From contig CAZIAQ010000002.1 of assembly GCA_964537755.1 (NCBI GenBank), forward strand, positions 43,567-107,566: a DNA stretch of 64,000 nucleotides, given 5' to 3'. The notes beneath the pieces were generated by a model. It was not told the origin of the DNA. It saw only the letters and a list, made by a program, of their open reading frames with translations, and ran no database searches. The number at the start of each line of letters is the position of its first letter. Within the stretch, counting starts at the first letter, position 1. Both the position numbers and the translations under genes were made by a program. This document shows positions 1 through 9,754 of this stretch, piece after piece. The DNA comes from an uncultured Cytophagales bacterium (GTDB lineage: Bacteria > Bacteroidota > Bacteroidia > Cytophagales > Bernardetiaceae).

Positions 1-238
1 CCCCGTGTCCAATAAAGCAATCGGCACCAATCGTAACGAGTTCACAAACAAAGCTATGTGATTGGATTTTGGTACGCGCCCCAATGACAACACCTTTCTG
101 TATCTCCACAAAAGGGCCCACAAAACAGCCATCACCAATCGTACACTCGTAGAGATTAGCGGGCCGGACGACCTTCACGCCCTCCCCAAACTGCACCGCC
201 CGGATGGCGGCATCAAAATACTTCGGTTCAGGCATGAG
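1..238 (-). CDS. Hexapeptide-repeat sugar N-acetyltransferase (WbpD/PglD-like); N-terminal part, gene continues past window start
   Basis: Manual minus-strand translation from ATG at 238..236 gives MPEPKYFDAAIRAVQFGEGVKVVRPANLYECTIGDGCFVGPFVEIQKGVVIGARTKIQSHSFVCELVTIGADCFIGHG, an imperfect hexapeptide (left-handed beta-helix) pattern. Start overlaps the stop of the upstream dehydrogenase by 11 nt. Not in the supplied ORF track because it is truncated. Confidence 0.5.
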
Positions 239-1250
239 GCAGGGCGTTTTGTTGCATCGAGCGGTAAATCTTGTCGATGATCTCTACCGTTTTGAGCCCT
301 TCAAAGGCATTGGTCGAAATCATTTGTCCCTCGTTGAGGACAGCGACAACGTTTTGATACACCTCTCCGTGGTTGGACATCGACCCCTGATACTGGCCGT
401 AGTTGTTGGCCGTGTTGCCTTCGGGGAGGTTTTCAAACACAAAACCTTCGATGTTTTGGTACTCGAGTTCGTTGAGGTATTGCCCACCGATCTTGACCGT
501 ACCTTTTTCGCCGAAGATGGTCAGGGAGCCTTCCATGTTTTTGCCGTAGCTATTGACGGTGTAGTTGATCGTCCCGATGGCTCCGTTGTGGAACTCAACA
601 ATGACCACGCCCGTATCCTCAAACTCAATGATTCCCTGGTGGGCGTAGTTGTTTTTGAAGGCTTGTACGCGCTTGACATCCCCGATGATCCAATACAGCA
701 AATCGACAAAGTGGCTAAACTGGGTGTAGAGCGTACCGCCATCCAGGGCTTGCGTACCTTTCCAGGAGTCTTTGTAGTAGTCAAAGTTTCGGTTCCAGAA
801 GCAGCTCAACTGCACACTGAATATTTTGCCGAAGCGTCCGGCCTCAATGGCTTCCTTGACGGCAGCTACGGGCGGGTTGAATCGGTTTTGTTTGATGGCA
901 AAGAGGCGGCGGTTGGCGCGTTCGGCGGCTTTTATCATCTCGCCGCAGTCATAGACACTGATGGCCATGGGCTTTTCGCACAGGACGTGAAAGCCTGCGT
1001 TGAGGGCAGCGATGCTGTGTTGGGCGTGAAGTCCGTTGGGTGAACAAATCGAGACCACATCGACATCCGTACTTTGGAGCATCTCTTGATGATCGTAGAA
1101 GGCCGTTGCGCCATACGTTTCGGCTAGGGCATCGGCGCGTTCCTGGACAACATCACAGACGGCCACCAGTTTTCCGTATTTGTGGATGTGCTGGGCGTGC
1201 CGCTGGGCAATGCGACCGCAACCAATGAGGGCAAACGAGATGGTTTTCAT
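228..1250 (-). CDS. Gfo/Idh/MocA-family NAD(P)-dependent oxidoreductase (WbpB-like sugar-nucleotide dehydrogenase)
   Basis: 340-aa ORF. N-terminal Rossmann motif IGCGRIAQRH. Overall family resemblance. LPS-sugar context (acetyltransferase downstream, amidotransferase upstream). Confidence 0.75.
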   Translation of the reverse strand: MKTISFALIGCGRIAQRHAQHIHKYGKLVAVCDVVQERADALAETYGATAFYDHQEMLQSTDVDVVSICSPNGLHAQHSIAALNAGFHVLCEKPMAISVYDCGEMIKAAERANRRLFAIKQNRFNPPVAAVKEAIEAGRFGKIFSVQLSCFWNRNFDYYKDSWKGTQALDGGTLYTQFSHFVDLLYWIIGDVKRVQAFKNNYAHQGIIEFEDTGVVIVEFHNGAIGTINYTVNSYGKNMEGSLTIFGEKGTVKIGGQYLNELEYQNIEGFVFENLPEGNTANNYGQYQGSMSNHGEVYQNVVAVLNEGQMISTNAFEGLKTVEIIDKIYRSMQQNALPHA

Positions 1251-1286
1251 GGAGATTTAGAGAAATTAAGGTGATACATTGGGGCA

Positions 1287-2420
1287 TCATTTGGTGTACA
1301 GTCCGGCTTTGCGTAAGCGATTGACGATGTCCTTGATTTGCATGACACGGGTTTTGTTGTTGGGGTAGTCCATGTGATTTTTTGGGGGTTCATCCATGAT
1401 CTGGGCAAAGGCTTCGGGCGTAAGCCCAAACTTTTTTTGGACAAACTCCTTATCCGACTCCATCAGTTCGTTGTTGTAGTCGGGGTGTTCGAGCTTTTGG
1501 AGGGCCTCCTCTCGGCTGACTTGCCCCGATCGGATCAGATCGGAGAGATGCCCGATGCGCTTATCAATGTTGAACTTTTGGGGCAAGACATATCCTTGAT
1601 AAAAGCGGGTATAGACCGATTCGTAGTGCTTGCCGCCGTAGTCGATCCAACCCAGTTCATCCTGGATCAGTCGCTTGACTTCGTCCTTGTTGTAGTCGAT
1701 ATAATTGAGGATCGAAATGACACGAATGCGCTTGATGAACGTCCAATAAAAGAGGTCTAAGAAGGTGTAATGGGGATAGTCCTTGAGGGGGGTATTCTCA
1801 AACCGCTGATGCACCGAACGGATATACCGCCAATCTGAATGCCCATAAGCCCAATCTTCAACGGCCATAGATTCGGTGGCAAAGTTCATCCCGTTGATGA
1901 TATACCGGATGCCGTGCTTGTTGGCTTCCCTAAACAGCAAAGCGTTGATGGCATGATCGGTGGGTACTTCTCCGTCGGGGGTGGAGGACTTGAGAAAGCT
2001 CAACTGAAGGTGCTTAAACTCCTCCCAATCAATGACATGGGTGAGCAAGTCAATGCCCATCCGCTGGATGGTGCGTTCGATGTTACCCACGGCGAGTTCG
2101 GAGTTCCAGCCGTTATCGAAGTGGACAGCCAGGGGGTTAAGCCCGAGTTTTTTCTTCGTTAGGTAAGCGACATACGTGCTATCTACGCCACCACTAACGC
2201 CAATCAAACAGTCGTATCCTTCTTTGGTGCGGCTGCCCTTGATTTGCTTGACGATCTCCTGGAGTTTAGCCTCGGCTTCTTCACCCCGAAACACACGGGA
2301 TGCCAAAAGATTATCGTAGCGGTGGCAATGGTTACAAACGCCTTTTTCGTCAAAGACAATTTTGGGGTCTGTCGTATCCATGATACAGCGCGTGCAACGC
2401 TGGTAGGCTCTTTGGGTCAT
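1287..2420 (-). CDS. N-acetyl sugar amidotransferase (WbuX/PseA-like PP-loop enzyme)
   Basis: 377 aa. N-terminal CxxC...CxxC zinc-ribbon-like region (CTRC..CNHC). PP-loop SGGVDS motif. Typical of the LPS N-acetyl sugar amidotransferase family. Confidence 0.7.
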   Translation of the reverse strand: MTQRAYQRCTRCIMDTTDPKIVFDEKGVCNHCHRYDNLLASRVFRGEEAEAKLQEIVKQIKGSRTKEGYDCLIGVSGGVDSTYVAYLTKKKLGLNPLAVHFDNGWNSELAVGNIERTIQRMGIDLLTHVIDWEEFKHLQLSFLKSSTPDGEVPTDHAINALLFREANKHGIRYIINGMNFATESMAVEDWAYGHSDWRYIRSVHQRFENTPLKDYPHYTFLDLFYWTFIKRIRVISILNYIDYNKDEVKRLIQDELGWIDYGGKHYESVYTRFYQGYVLPQKFNIDKRIGHLSDLIRSGQVSREEALQKLEHPDYNNELMESDKEFVQKKFGLTPEAFAQIMDEPPKNHMDYPNNKTRVMQIKDIVNRLRKAGLYTK

Positions 2421-2459
2421 GCTTGATGCTGGGTATTGTACGGCAAAACTACAATTCTT

Positions 2460-3296
2460 TTATTCTTTTGCCTCCAAAAACGAATAAAGATCATCGAGTT
2501 TGGGCGAAAGGACAATTTCAGTACGGCGGTTGAGGGCGCGTCCCTGGGTATCTTTGTTATCTGCTATGGGAAAAAACTCCCCCCTTCCAGCGGGTAGGAG
2601 CCGCTCGGGGGCTACCTGGTAGCTCTCCGTGAGCAGGCGCACGATGGAGGTTGCCCGAACGACGCTCAGGTCCCAGTTGTCGGCAAAGCGTTTGGTACGA
2701 ATCGGGACGCTATCGGTGTGGCCTTCTACCATGATTTCGATCTCGGGGTTGCGGTTGAGTTCTTCGGCGAGTTTTTGGAGGGCTTCTTTGCCTTTTTTGT
2801 CCACCTCGGCACTCCCCGAAAGGAAAAGCAGCTTATCGGACATGGAGACATACACTTTTCCGTTCTTGATCTCTAAGGAGAGTTCGTCGTCGGCAAAGCC
2901 TTTGAGGACATTTTGGAGCTTGGAGAGGAGTTCCTGGGAGGCTTTGCGTTGGTTCTCAATGATGGTTTGGAGTTCTTGTAGGCGTGCTTCGCGCTCTTGC
3001 AGGAGCATATCTTTATCGTTGAGGGCGGCGGCTTTTTGGCGGAGCTGCTCCGAGAGTTGCTCACTCGTGAGGCTGCTTTGTTTTTGTAGGTCGGCGTATT
3101 GTTTTTGTAGGTTGCGCAACTGTGCCCCGATACGCGCCGTATCCTCTCGGAGCAGGACTACTTGTGCCTCACAGGCACGTAAATCTCGGGTAAGTTGGTT
3201 GCGCTGGGCGACCTCGGCTTCATATTTTTTTTTGCTCTTAATGACCACACAGCCCGAAAGCAAACCCATGACTACCACTGCCCATATCCATCTCAT
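2460..3296 (-). CDS. OmpA/MotB-domain lipoprotein with long coiled-coil region
   Basis: Signal peptide plus lipobox (LLSGC). Glutamine- and leucine-rich coiled coil. C-terminal OmpA-like motif (EGHTDS...NRRTEI). Confidence 0.7.
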   Translation of the reverse strand: MRWIWAVVVMGLLSGCVVIKSKKKYEAEVAQRNQLTRDLRACEAQVVLLREDTARIGAQLRNLQKQYADLQKQSSLTSEQLSEQLRQKAAALNDKDMLLQEREARLQELQTIIENQRKASQELLSKLQNVLKGFADDELSLEIKNGKVYVSMSDKLLFLSGSAEVDKKGKEALQKLAEELNRNPEIEIMVEGHTDSVPIRTKRFADNWDLSVVRATSIVRLLTESYQVAPERLLPAGRGEFFPIADNKDTQGRALNRRTEIVLSPKLDDLYSFLEAKE

Positions 3297-3391
3297 AAAA
3301 AAAACATTGATTGGTAATGCCGCTCAAAGATAGGCACAAATCCTGTTCTAGTCCGTATATTTGTTCGCAAAAGTTATCTTTTACATCCCCG

Positions 3392-4174
3392 ATGGATCAA
3401 GAACCGCTTAGTTATACCCCTCGTATCGAGTTAATTTCAGAACGATACAAAATTCCAGCCTTAGGTAAAACCCGACGTATCGCCGTGATCTTACCCCACG
3501 ACTACGACCACAACACCGACCGACGCTACCCCGTCTTGTACCTCCAGGACGGACAAAACCTCTACGAAGAAGATGCCCCCTATGGCACCTGGGGCGTGGA
3601 TAAACACCTCGAACGCCTCGGCAGAAGCCAAAAAGACGGGGTCATTGTTGTGGCCATCGACCACGCCGAAAGCCGACGCATCAACGAGTTTAACCCCTTC
3701 GATCACCCCAAGTTTGGACATGGAGAAGGGCGAAAGTATCTCCAGTTTATCCTCGACGAACTCAAACCCCACATCGACAAACGCTACCGTACCTTCCCCG
3801 ACCGACGCAGTACAGGCATGGGTGGCAGCTCAATGGGAGGATTGATTACCGCTTATGCGGCCCTGCATCTGCCCGATGTTTTTAGTAAGTTTATGATTTT
3901 TTCGCCCTCCCTCTGGATTTCGCACGAGATTTTTCAGCAAGCCCGCGATTTTATCCCCCAAGAACCCATGCGCATTTATCTCTACGGTGGAGGAGATGAG
4001 AGCCTGCGCCTGATCCCGAACATCGAACGCTTTGCCTTCTCGATCAAGCAACAGCTACCCGATGAATCTCTCCTGCGCGTCAAGATGTCCGTCAATTCGG
4101 AGGGCAAGCACCAGGAACACTACTGGGGACTGGAGTTTCCGCACGCCCTGACCTGGCTTTTCTTTAACGAATAA
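3392..4174 (+). CDS. Putative esterase (alpha/beta hydrolase, enterochelin-esterase-like family)
   Basis: GxSxG nucleophile elbow (GGSSMGG). Family-like RYPVLYLQDGQN motif. Start chosen at internal Met MDQEPL to avoid overlap with the divergent upstream gene. The ORF track starts at 3311. Confidence 0.6.
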   Translation: MDQEPLSYTPRIELISERYKIPALGKTRRIAVILPHDYDHNTDRRYPVLYLQDGQNLYEEDAPYGTWGVDKHLERLGRSQKDGVIVVAIDHAESRRINEFNPFDHPKFGHGEGRKYLQFILDELKPHIDKRYRTFPDRRSTGMGGSSMGGLITAYAALHLPDVFSKFMIFSPSLWISHEIFQQARDFIPQEPMRIYLYGGGDESLRLIPNIERFAFSIKQQLPDESLLRVKMSVNSEGKHQEHYWGLEFPHALTWLFFNE

Positions 4175-4179
4175 AACGC

Positions 4180-4219
4180 AAAAACCCTGGCAGTAGTCCG
4201 GATAAGAACTCTGCCAGGG
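4180..4219 (-). terminator. Rho-independent terminator for gltA (hairpin ccctggcag/ctgccaggg followed by T-run on minus strand)
   Basis: Perfect 9-bp inverted repeat at 4185-4193 and 4211-4219. AAAAA at 4180-4184 reads as U-run on the minus strand. Lies between convergent genes. Confidence 0.45.
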
Positions 4220-4248
4220 TGATAATTTAGCGCGTCTTCTCCTTATGC

Positions 4249-5541
4249 CTATCGCTGCTCAATAGGCGTATAGCTACGCAGCGTAGCTCCGGTGTAGATT
4301 TGTCGGGGTCGTCCGATGGGCTGCTTGCTTTCTTTCATTTCCTTCCATTGGGCGATCCAGCCGGGCATACGTCCGAGGGCAAACATGACCGTAAACATAT
4401 CGGTCGGGATGCCCAGGGCGCGGTAGATGATACCGGAATAAAAATCGACGTTGGGGTAGAGTTTGCGCTCAATGAAGTAGTCTTCGCTGAGAGCGGCTTG
4501 CTCTAGCTCGCGGGCAATATCGAGGAGTTGATCGCTTTTACCCATCTTATCCAGGACTTCGTCGCAGTACTTTTTGATGATATTGGCACGCGGGTCAAAG
4601 TTTTTATAGACGCGGTGTCCAAAGCCCATCAGGCGCACGTCCGAGTTTTTGTCTTTGGCTTTGTCAAGGAAGTTACGGACATTTCCGCCTTCGGCTTGGA
4701 TGCGCTCGAGCATGTTGAGGACTGCCTGGTTGGCACCTCCGTGTAGGGGACCACCCAAAGCACTGATGGCAGAGGCTACGCCAGAGTAGAGGTTAGCCAA
4801 AGCTGATCCAACGATACGAATCGTAGAGGTAGAGCAGTTTTGCTCATGGTCGGCGTGCAAGATGAGGAGCTTATCGAGGGCGGCGACCTGTACCGGATCT
4901 ACCTCGTACTCGTCGGTGGGCAAGCCAAACATCATTTTGAGGAAACGCGCCACGTAGTCCTTGCTGTTGTCGGGGTACATGTAGGGATGCCCCATTTCGT
5001 TTTTGTAGGCCCAGGCAGCAATCGTAGGTACTTTGGCCAGCAGACGGATGATCGTCAGTTCGACTTCTTCGGCCGGACGATAAGGGTCTAAGGAGTTGGG
5101 ATAAAAAGCCGTCAGGGCCGAAACCATCGTAGCCAGAATGCCCATCGGATGAGCCGCCGCAGGAAAAGCCTCGAATATCTTCCGCATATCCTCGTGGATG
5201 AGCGTGTGTTCGGTAACGGCGTTGTTGAAGTTGAGCAGTTCCGTCTCGGTGGGCAACTTACCGTAGATAAGCAAATAAGAGATCTCCAAAAAGTTGGATT
5301 TTTCGGTGAGTTCTTCAATCGAATATCCCCTGTAGTTGAGAATCCCTTTTTCGCCGTCCAGGAACGTGATCTCGCTGGTGGTAGCCCCTGTGTTTTTGTA
5401 GCCAGGATCGAGGGTAATCAGTCCGCTTTGATCGCGGAGTTTGCTAATATCAATGGCTTCTTCTTGCTCTGTGCCAACGACTACGGGTAGTTCATACGTT
5501 TTTCCTTTGTAGTGCAATTCGGCAGTCAATTGATCGGACAT
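4249..5541 (-). CDS. gltA: Citrate synthase
   Basis: 430 aa. Signature GFGHRVYKNFDPRA plus overall citrate synthase conservation. Confidence 0.9.
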   Translation of the reverse strand: MSDQLTAELHYKGKTYELPVVVGTEQEEAIDISKLRDQSGLITLDPGYKNTGATTSEITFLDGEKGILNYRGYSIEELTEKSNFLEISYLLIYGKLPTETELLNFNNAVTEHTLIHEDMRKIFEAFPAAAHPMGILATMVSALTAFYPNSLDPYRPAEEVELTIIRLLAKVPTIAAWAYKNEMGHPYMYPDNSKDYVARFLKMMFGLPTDEYEVDPVQVAALDKLLILHADHEQNCSTSTIRIVGSALANLYSGVASAISALGGPLHGGANQAVLNMLERIQAEGGNVRNFLDKAKDKNSDVRLMGFGHRVYKNFDPRANIIKKYCDEVLDKMGKSDQLLDIARELEQAALSEDYFIERKLYPNVDFYSGIIYRALGIPTDMFTVMFALGRMPGWIAQWKEMKESKQPIGRPRQIYTGATLRSYTPIEQR

Positions 5542-5674
5542 GGGTATAGGTGATTTAAGTTGCGTTAAAATAAAAAATGAGCCGTCTGAATGAACGTATA
5601 ACGGAAACGAAATTTACTATAAAAATCTGATTTTCCCCAATATTGTTAGACTTCTAGCGAAAATTTGCTAAGAA

Positions 5675-7162
5675 TTAAGTATCCGGAATGGCTCGCTTTT
5701 TCTCCCCTTGCCAAACCACCCCCACAAAAATCCCCAGAATACCCAAACGAAACACCTGATCTACCCAAAACTGTGCAAAGGCTACCCCAAAAGCCACCGC
5801 CGACAGCACCGCCGCCAGCCCCAAATAACCCATCACGGCCCCCACCGGATACGGAATCGGATAAAAACGCTGTCCCCATAGATAACACACCAAAGCCATC
5901 GTCAAATAACAAGCAAAGGTAGCAATGGCACTCCCCAGGTAGCCCAGGTGAGGAATCAGTAATACGTTGAGGAGCAGCGTAACGCCCATGCCTATCAAGC
6001 TAATCCAGGTACCGTAGTACGTCCGATCGGTTACCTTAAACCACACCGAGAGGTTGTAGTACATCCCCAAAAAAGTATTGGCAAACAACAAAAAAGGAAC
6101 CACCACCAAGCCCTGGGCATAAGCCGGCTGCCGCAAAAACACCACCTGCAAAAGCCTTAACTCCGCACTCACCAGCACGATCATGCCCGCACAGGCGATC
6201 ACGAAGTAGCGCATCAGCCGAGCAAAGGTCTGGGGAGAATCCCGCTCGGCCGCCTGCGCAAAAAAGAACGGCTCCGCCGCATACTTGAACGCCTGCACAG
6301 CCAGCGTAATAAAAATGGACAGCTTGTAACAACCCGAATACACCCCAACAGCATCCAGGGTACTCAAGCCGGCATAAAAGCCCTCCGGCAGCAGGTATTT
6401 GAGGAGGCTACGGTCGGCTACCTCGTTGATCGTATAGGCGATACCCGTGAAGATCAGCGGATAAGCGTAGCGCCACATCGGCGAAAACTTCGCCCAACTC
6501 CATCGCCAATAAAACCCCCGAAAGTGAGGCAACAGCCAGACCAGCAGCAGCCCATTGGCGATCAAGTTCGACAAAAAGACATACCCCAAGCCCAAGTCCG
6601 CCACATACAGGGGCGACAAAAAAGCCCAACGCTCGCTCGTGATCGCCTTCGGTAAGAGATACAAAAAACCGATGTTGAGCAAGACCGTCAGCAAGATTTG
6701 ACCCAGCTTCAAGAACGCGAAACGACGCGCCTTGCCCTCCAGGCGTAAACGCGCAAAGGGAAGCATGGCCAGGGTATCAAAAACCAAGATGCAGCCAAAC
6801 CAACGCACAAACATCCCCTTTTCCGGATAGCCCATCCAGGCAGAGATCCCGTCGGCGGCATACCATAAGATCACAAAAAATATCCCCGAACTGACGATGA
6901 GCCGCGTCAAGATCAGCGAAAACGTCTCCCGTAGGTCTTGCTTTTTGTGGGCCACAAACTGAAAAAAGGTCGTCTCCATGCCATAGACGAACAAAATCTG
7001 GAGCAGCGCCGCATGGGCATAAAAATCCGAGACGATACCGTAGGCTTCGGTCGAGAATACGCCCGTATGGAAAGGTACCAAAAGGTAATTGAGCAGCCGT
7101 CCCACGACACTGCTCAAGCCGTAATAGGCGGTTTGGGAGGCTAGTTTTTTGAGGAGGCTCAC
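5675..7162 (-). CDS. Polysaccharide biosynthesis protein / oligosaccharide flippase (Wzx/MOP family)
   Basis: 495 aa, about 14 predicted TM helices. N-terminus MSLLKKLASQTAYYGLSSVVGRLLNYLLVP is typical of the flippase family. Confidence 0.6.
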   Translation of the reverse strand: MSLLKKLASQTAYYGLSSVVGRLLNYLLVPFHTGVFSTEAYGIVSDFYAHAALLQILFVYGMETTFFQFVAHKKQDLRETFSLILTRLIVSSGIFFVILWYAADGISAWMGYPEKGMFVRWFGCILVFDTLAMLPFARLRLEGKARRFAFLKLGQILLTVLLNIGFLYLLPKAITSERWAFLSPLYVADLGLGYVFLSNLIANGLLLVWLLPHFRGFYWRWSWAKFSPMWRYAYPLIFTGIAYTINEVADRSLLKYLLPEGFYAGLSTLDAVGVYSGCYKLSIFITLAVQAFKYAAEPFFFAQAAERDSPQTFARLMRYFVIACAGMIVLVSAELRLLQVVFLRQPAYAQGLVVVPFLLFANTFLGMYYNLSVWFKVTDRTYYGTWISLIGMGVTLLLNVLLIPHLGYLGSAIATFACYLTMALVCYLWGQRFYPIPYPVGAVMGYLGLAAVLSAVAFGVAFAQFWVDQVFRLGILGIFVGVVWQGEKKRAIPDT

Positions 7163-7758
7163 GGCACCACCTGGGCAAAGACCTCTTGCAAAGACGCAAA
7201 CGAACTACGGAGCAGGTGTCGGGCTTCGGTATGGGTGGCCCAACGAAGTTCGGTGATGCCCTCATCGCCCTGGGGAGCCATCTGGCTATCGTCGAGGCAT
7301 TGCATCAAATACCAGGTCGTGGGTTTGAGCATCAGCTGCCCACCCGCCTGATAGATATGCCAGCTTTGGGTGAGCAGATGAACAATATGTGCGCGTACAC
7401 CGCACTCCTCCTGCACCTCTCGAAGGGCTGCCTCGGATTGGCTTTCGCCTGGGTCGATCTTGCCCTTGGGCAAGTCCCAATGCCCGTTGCGACGCATCAG
7501 CAAAAAGTGATCGTCTTTTTGGACAACCCCTCCCGCTGCCGGCACCTCCACAAAATGCGCCCGAAAGCCATCAAAGATCACTTGTGGGGTTGGATGCACA
7601 AAGACCACAGATTTGATCTCTTTCATGCCCCCCATACGGGTACGCTCGAAGGTATCCCATACGTCGGCTACGCGCTCAATCGCCTGTGTGAGCGTGCCTT
7701 TGGCTCGCCTGGGATAATCGAGAAACTCAAAAACGGTATCGTACAAGAAAATTTTCAT
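7159..7758 (-). CDS. NUDIX hydrolase
   Basis: Nudix box GKIDPGESQSEAALREVQEECGV. 4-nt overlap with the flippase gene. Confidence 0.75.
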   Translation of the reverse strand: MKIFLYDTVFEFLDYPRRAKGTLTQAIERVADVWDTFERTRMGGMKEIKSVVFVHPTPQVIFDGFRAHFVEVPAAGGVVQKDDHFLLMRRNGHWDLPKGKIDPGESQSEAALREVQEECGVRAHIVHLLTQSWHIYQAGGQLMLKPTTWYLMQCLDDSQMAPQGDEGITELRWATHTEARHLLRSSFASLQEVFAQVVP

Positions 7759-8732
7759 CAGTGGTCTCTTTGGGATAATTGGTGGAGTAAGTGGTGTAAG
7801 GCTTCCTTACGGGCTTTGGCTACGGGGATGCGATCCAGGATACCGAAGGCCTCGCGAAAGTAGCCCTGCATGGCCGCCGTGGCTTGCTCCCTAACCCCGA
7901 GGCGGTCGTAGATTTCCCGAACGGCTTGTATTTTTTGTGCCGGCGTGGGGTAGTCTGCCTGGAGGGCCGCCAGCGTGGGGGCATCGGCAAGGCTTTGGGC
8001 AGTCAGGCGAAGGTAAGTTTTTTTGTTTTCCAGAATATCTCCCCCCACTTGTTTGCCAAATTTTTGGGGATCGGCATAGACATCCAAGAGGTCATCCTGG
8101 ATCTGAAAACCAATACCGGCGGCCACGCCCAGGGCATCCAGTTGGTGGCAGGTATCGGTCTGGGCATCGGCCAGAATGCCGCCCAGGCGCAAGGCAAAGC
8201 CCAATAAGACAGCCGTTTTGAGGCGGATCATCTGGATATACTCATCCAGGCTTACCGCGTCGCGCTCCTCAAAGGACATATCGTATTGCTGCCCTTCACA
8301 GACCTCCGTAGCGCAGCGGTTGAAGCGCAGCAGCACCTCCCGCAGTTGGTGATCGGGGACATCCAGGAGGAGGTCATAGGCTTTGACGAGCATCACGTCG
8401 CCCGAGAGCAGGGCCGTGTTGGTGTCCCATTTTTCGTGGGCCGTGGGCTGTCCGCGCCGCAGGGGGGCTTTATCCATGATGTCGTCGTGGAGGAGCGTAA
8501 AGTTGTGGAAGACCTCCGTGGCTAGGGCAGGGCGCAGGATGGTTTGGGGGTCATCCTTAAAGAGTTGATAACTCATCAGGCAGAGCAGGGGGCGCATTCG
8601 CTTACCACCCAGGCGCAGGATGTAGTCGATGGGAGCGTAGAGGTCTTCGGGGGGCTTGGTGTAGGTGAGCGATGCTAAGGCTTGCTGAAGCAAATCGTGG
8701 GGCATGGGCGGGTAAGGTGAGGTGTTCAGCAA
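7758..8732 (-). CDS. Polyprenyl diphosphate synthase (trans-isoprenyl diphosphate synthase family)
   Basis: First aspartate-rich motif LLHDDIMD and second motif FQIQDDLLD. 324 aa. Confidence 0.8.
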   Translation of the reverse strand: MLNTSPYPPMPHDLLQQALASLTYTKPPEDLYAPIDYILRLGGKRMRPLLCLMSYQLFKDDPQTILRPALATEVFHNFTLLHDDIMDKAPLRRGQPTAHEKWDTNTALLSGDVMLVKAYDLLLDVPDHQLREVLLRFNRCATEVCEGQQYDMSFEERDAVSLDEYIQMIRLKTAVLLGFALRLGGILADAQTDTCHQLDALGVAAGIGFQIQDDLLDVYADPQKFGKQVGGDILENKKTYLRLTAQSLADAPTLAALQADYPTPAQKIQAVREIYDRLGVREQATAAMQGYFREAFGILDRIPVAKARKEALHHLLHQLSQRDH

Positions 8733-8771
8733 AATTTCAAAAAATAATCCGTTTCAGCAATTTTTGGATCG

Positions 8772-9626
8772 CTAATCCTGAAGCAGGTAGGGTATCTCGT
8801 TTTGTTGGACGTAGTACAGCACCAGTGCCACCGCTAGGGCAAAGAAAAACAAAGTTGAGAAAATCAGGATCATAAACAAAGCCTTCAAGCCCGCCCACAC
8901 ACGATAACGAGGAGCAAAAAACTGGATGTATGCCCAGATGCTGTGTCCCATGTAAAGCACAAAATAGACCTGCGAAACGAAGGTAAAATGAAGCCAGCCC
9001 AGCAACGCAAACGGTAGCAGTAGCACATAAAACCACAACGTATGACCAATCAGATAGCAGTTGAGGACAAAGTGCATGGCGTAGTTGTAAGCATGACGAT
9101 AAAAAAACAGCCGCGTAAAGACACTCAAAATGGGTATGGACAAGAGCATAATCAGCGAAAAATACTGATTAAAGGTCAAGGTGATGAGCTGGACGGCCAT
9201 CTCTCTAAACTTAGCAGATTCCAGGGCAAGCTGCTGCATTTTTTCTTTTTCTCTCCCCTGGGCTGCCTCCAGTTCCTTTTCGAACTCAACAGACACGGGG
9301 GATTGGGAAAAATCAAATATCTCATCGTAAGGGATAAAAAGATGAATAAAAGCCGCAATGGCACTCACGAGCAGCAAGTATTTGATCGGATTGAAATAGC
9401 GTTTGCGGTGGCCGGCGATATAGGCTCGGATGGCGTGTCCCGGGCGCAGGGTCAGTTGTAAGAAGGTATGCGGAATGCCCCGATCAAGGTTGATTAAGTG
9501 GGTGATCTCGTAGGCCAGATAGCGCATTCCGATAGGCTGCACACGGCGGCTTTGTCCGCACTGATGGCAGTAGCGGCCTGCCAGTGGCGTATCGCAGTTT
9601 AGGCAATGCGTAGGTGTATCCGGCAT
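8772..9626 (-). CDS. DUF3667-family membrane protein with N-terminal zinc ribbon
   Basis: N-terminus CLNCDTPLAGRYCHQCGQ followed by several TM helices. Confidence 0.5.
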   Translation of the reverse strand: MPDTPTHCLNCDTPLAGRYCHQCGQSRRVQPIGMRYLAYEITHLINLDRGIPHTFLQLTLRPGHAIRAYIAGHRKRYFNPIKYLLLVSAIAAFIHLFIPYDEIFDFSQSPVSVEFEKELEAAQGREKEKMQQLALESAKFREMAVQLITLTFNQYFSLIMLLSIPILSVFTRLFFYRHAYNYAMHFVLNCYLIGHTLWFYVLLLPFALLGWLHFTFVSQVYFVLYMGHSIWAYIQFFAPRYRVWAGLKALFMILIFSTLFFFALAVALVLYYVQQNEIPYLLQD

Positions 9627-9754
9627 GGGCGTTGCGTAGGGATGAAAACCAACAAAAGCCTAGCACTTTTCTTGCCAGCCCAAACAAAAGCCTTGCAACT
9701 TTACTTCTACCTTTCCGTAATACCCAAGTATTGTCTTGAACGAACGCAACACTT

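Noticed and set aside
204-1043. 279-aa ORF on the + strand
   Set aside because: Entirely antisense to the well-supported Gfo/Idh/MocA gene. Low-complexity V/G/D-rich translation typical of a shadow ORF in GC-rich DNA.
2629-3333. 234-aa ORF on the + strand rich in Ser/Arg/Cys
   Set aside because: Antisense shadow of the OmpA-domain lipoprotein gene. No motifs.
5646-5922. Two small ORFs (88 and 85 aa) at the flippase 3' end
   Set aside because: Overlap the flippase coding region and the intergenic region. Proline-rich low-complexity translations with no signal of function.
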